DNA of 53,634 nucleotides, from positions 1 to 53,634 of the forward strand of contig DXAQ01000122.1 of assembly GCA_019116905.1 (NCBI GenBank), written 5' to 3'. A model generated the notes under the pieces. That model had not been told where the DNA came from. It saw nothing but the letters and a program-made list of their open reading frames with translations, and did not search any database. Made by a program: the position numbers and the translations under genes. Shown piece by piece: positions 52,301 to 53,634 of this stretch. Source of the DNA: Candidatus Mucispirillum faecigallinarum (lineage in GTDB: Bacteria; Chrysiogenota; Deferribacteres; Deferribacterales; Mucispirillaceae). Every line of letters starts with the position of its first letter. Positions within the stretch are counted from its first letter, which is position 1.

Positions 52301-53592
52301 CATTTCATATCCTGACCGCCAATATCTAAAATAAAAGATACATCTGGTACAAAATACCTTGCTGCTGTAAAGTGAGCAACAGTTTCAACTTCGCCTTCAT
52401 CAACACCAAGGGCTGCTTTAATTAAACCTTCCCCATAACCTGTGATGCAGGAGTTTGCAATATATGCTTTTTCTGGCATTTCTGCATATATTTTTTCAAG
52501 CACTAATAAAACAGATTTAACAGGGTTGCCTAAGTTAGATGAATATGATTCAAATAATAGGTTATCATTTTTATCTATTAAGATAGCTTTTGTAGTAGTA
52601 GAACCAACATCTAAACCAAGATAAAGTTCTCCTTCTGCCTCAGATAAAGGTTTTTTATTAAGCACACCTTCTTTTGAATGGCGTTCTTTAAATTCTTCAT
52701 ATTCTTTTTCTGATTCAAAAAGACGTGGCAGCTGCTCTATTTCGCTTTCTACTTTAGTGTTTTGCAGTGCTTCAACTTTATCAATAATAGATTTAAAAGA
52801 AACTTCCTTACTTTTTTTAGAAACAAGTGCTGCACCCATAGCAACAAAAAGTTGTGGATGCTCTGGGAAAATAATTTCATTAGGAGTTAATGATAATGTT
52901 TCAATAAATCTTTTACGCAGTTCTGATAAGAAAAATAACGGACCGCCTAAAAATGCAACATTACCAGAAATAGTTCTTCCGCAGGCAAGTCCGCCAATAG
53001 TCTGGTCAACAACTGCCTGGAAAATAGATACTGCAATATCTTCTTTTGCTGCACCTTCATTTAATAAAGGTAAAACATCAGTTTTTGCAAATACACCGCA
53101 TCTTGCAGCAATAGGATATATTGTCTTATAATTTTTAGCCATTTCATTAAGACCAGCTGCATCAGTTTGTAAAACAACAGCCATTTGGTCAATAAATGCA
53201 CCAGTGCCGCCTGCACATGTTTCGTTCATTCTTTGGTCAATACCATTATCAAAGAATGTAAGTTTTGCATCTTCGCCGCCTAATTCAATAGCAACATTTG
53301 TTTCTGGAATCTTAGTTTTGATACATTCTGTAGATGCAATAACTTCCTGAATAAAATCTACACCAAGCCACTGAGATACAGAAATACCGCCAGAACCTGT
53401 AACATTAATAGTAATGTATGCATCAGGAAATTCTGCGTATGCTTCTCTTATTAATGCTGTTAATGTATTACGCATATCTGACAAGTGTCTTCTATACTGG
53501 TGATAAAGCATATTATCATTTTCATCAGTAATAACAATTTTAATGGTTGTAGAACCAATATCAAGCCCCATATGATAAACTTTCTTATCCAT
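49342..53592 (-). CDS. Fused acyl-CoA dehydratase activator protein (two BcrAD/BadFG ATPase domains, DUF2229, dehydratase-like C-terminus)
   Basis: GLDIGSTT and GLDVGSTT, ELGGED and DIGGQD, CAGGTG and CSSGCG, RCGVF and RCTVF, CYPAK, SFGCGLD, GGCRA, PFACLPNH. Confidence 0.9.
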   Translation of the reverse strand: MDKKVYHMGLDIGSTTIKIVITDENDNMLYHQYRRHLSDMRNTLTALIREAYAEFPDAYITINVTGSGGISVSQWLGVDFIQEVIASTECIKTKIPETNVAIELGGEDAKLTFFDNGIDQRMNETCAGGTGAFIDQMAVVLQTDAAGLNEMAKNYKTIYPIAARCGVFAKTDVLPLLNEGAAKEDIAVSIFQAVVDQTIGGLACGRTISGNVAFLGGPLFFLSELRKRFIETLSLTPNEIIFPEHPQLFVAMGAALVSKKSKEVSFKSIIDKVEALQNTKVESEIEQLPRLFESEKEYEEFKERHSKEGVLNKKPLSEAEGELYLGLDVGSTTTKAILIDKNDNLLFESYSSNLGNPVKSVLLVLEKIYAEMPEKAYIANSCITGYGEGLIKAALGVDEGEVETVAHFTAARYFVPDVSFILDIGGQDMKCMYVRNGAIDKIVLNEACSSGCGSFIENFAKSVQSNVQDFASAALKAEHPVDLGSRCTVFMNSKVKQAQKEGASVSDISAGLSYSVVRNALYKVIKMSSVEDLGKHVVVQGGAFFNDAVLRAFELSVGSKVTRFAISGHMGAFGSALIAKERSEEGKHSSIIKADAIDSFEMESTNVRCKRCSNHCLLTVNKFGGNKKRYITGNRCEKGVQEVEEANKLPNLYAYKNMRLFEYYIPLKEENAPRGVVGIPRVLNIYENYPFWFTLFTNLGFRVEISDKSSKELFNTGLETIPSQTVCYPAKIVHGHIMNLINKGIKRIFYPCIQKEVHEEGADNNYNCPVVCSYPEVIRLNVDALAKENVEFMGPFLPLNDYKYLENSLVQMFKEFNIPEQEVRLASRKADAEMKNFKKDIRDKGEETLAYIEKHGIQGVVLSGRPYHIDPEINHGIPELITSNGLAVLTEDSIAHLATVERPMNAVDQWTYHSRLYKAASFVSEHDNIELIQLNSFGCGLDAVTTEQVYDILNRHDKLYTVIKIDEGSNLGAVRIRIRSLMAAIQDRKKRGIDRTHTPAKKGAEFTKEMKETHTIIIPQLSPIHIHLMKEALVAEGYKVKVLETTDRSDIECGLKNINNDACFPAIVAVGQLLNYVMSPDCDTERVAVLISQTAGGCRATNYIGWLKNALNRAGLSHIPVLSFNLHGMEAHEGFKITMPMIRRMVMGILYGDLLMRMLYRCRPYEKVKGETEALYNKWADLCARNVYEYNWRQFKKDVYDIVEEFDNIPMNETRKPRVGIVGEILIKFHPDANNRAVEVIEREGGEAVVPDFMDFILYSAYDDIYRSKYMAGSKVRNYVARYIIWMIERKRNIMRKALRKSKHFDAMPDIFELAHLAEKIVSLGNQSGEGWLLTAEMVELIEGGVGNILCVQPFACLPNHVTGKGVMKALRTAYENVNIAAVDYDPGASEVNQLNRIKLLMSVAQKNLAISRKEI

Positions 53593-53634
53593 ATTATGCC
53601 TCGTTAAAAAAAATAAAATAAAATAAAATAAAAA

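Noticed and set aside
849..53131. Many short ORFs in the track (60-124 aa) overlapping longer genes, e.g. 849..1064, 6190..6483, 9994..10251, 17041..17328, 36728..37057, 42633..42851, 52757..53131
   Set aside because: Antisense or alternate-frame shadows of well-supported genes, with no motifs.
53606..53634. aaaat tandem repeats at the right edge
   Set aside because: Low-complexity and truncated by the window end; cannot be evaluated as a phase-variable tract.

Overview
AT-rich (roughly 30% GC by eye) bacterial chromosomal window. Gene content and order suggest a Gram-negative anaerobe or microaerophile of Deferribacterota type (Mucispirillum-like); this is inference, not checked. From left to right: (1) a minus-strand cbb3-type cytochrome c oxidase cluster (ccoN, ccoO fused to an extra cytochrome c, a stand-alone CcoP N-terminal peptide, ccoQ-like, ccoG, ccoH-like, ccoS, an unknown HMA-like gene, ccoI); (2) panBC and a gamma-carbonic-anhydrase-family gene; (3) a 253-bp MITE-like insertion in a palindrome; (4) an SH3-like secreted protein gene broken by an in-frame TAG; (5) about 23 kb of tightly packed minus-strand housekeeping and LPS genes (queD, rluB, scpAB, trpS, ispD, yggS/T, pgeF, an acyl-CoA ligase, miaB, wbaP-like, a heptosyltransferase, hldD, hldE, an FAD/FeS oxidoreductase); (6) a plus-strand pdxA-rsmA-exonuclease-folC-lptD-unknown-DHH-rubredoxin run; (7) about 1 kb of apparently decayed DNA; (8) a two-partner secretion pair with a candidate sigma-54 promoter; (9) a large fused acyl-CoA dehydratase-activator protein. 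No rRNA, tRNA or CRISPR array was seen. ccoS and rubredoxin are real genes absent from the ORF track. The most interesting items are the CxxC-less HMA paralog in the cbb3 assembly operon, the split CcoP architecture, the structured MITE and the interrupted SH3 gene.
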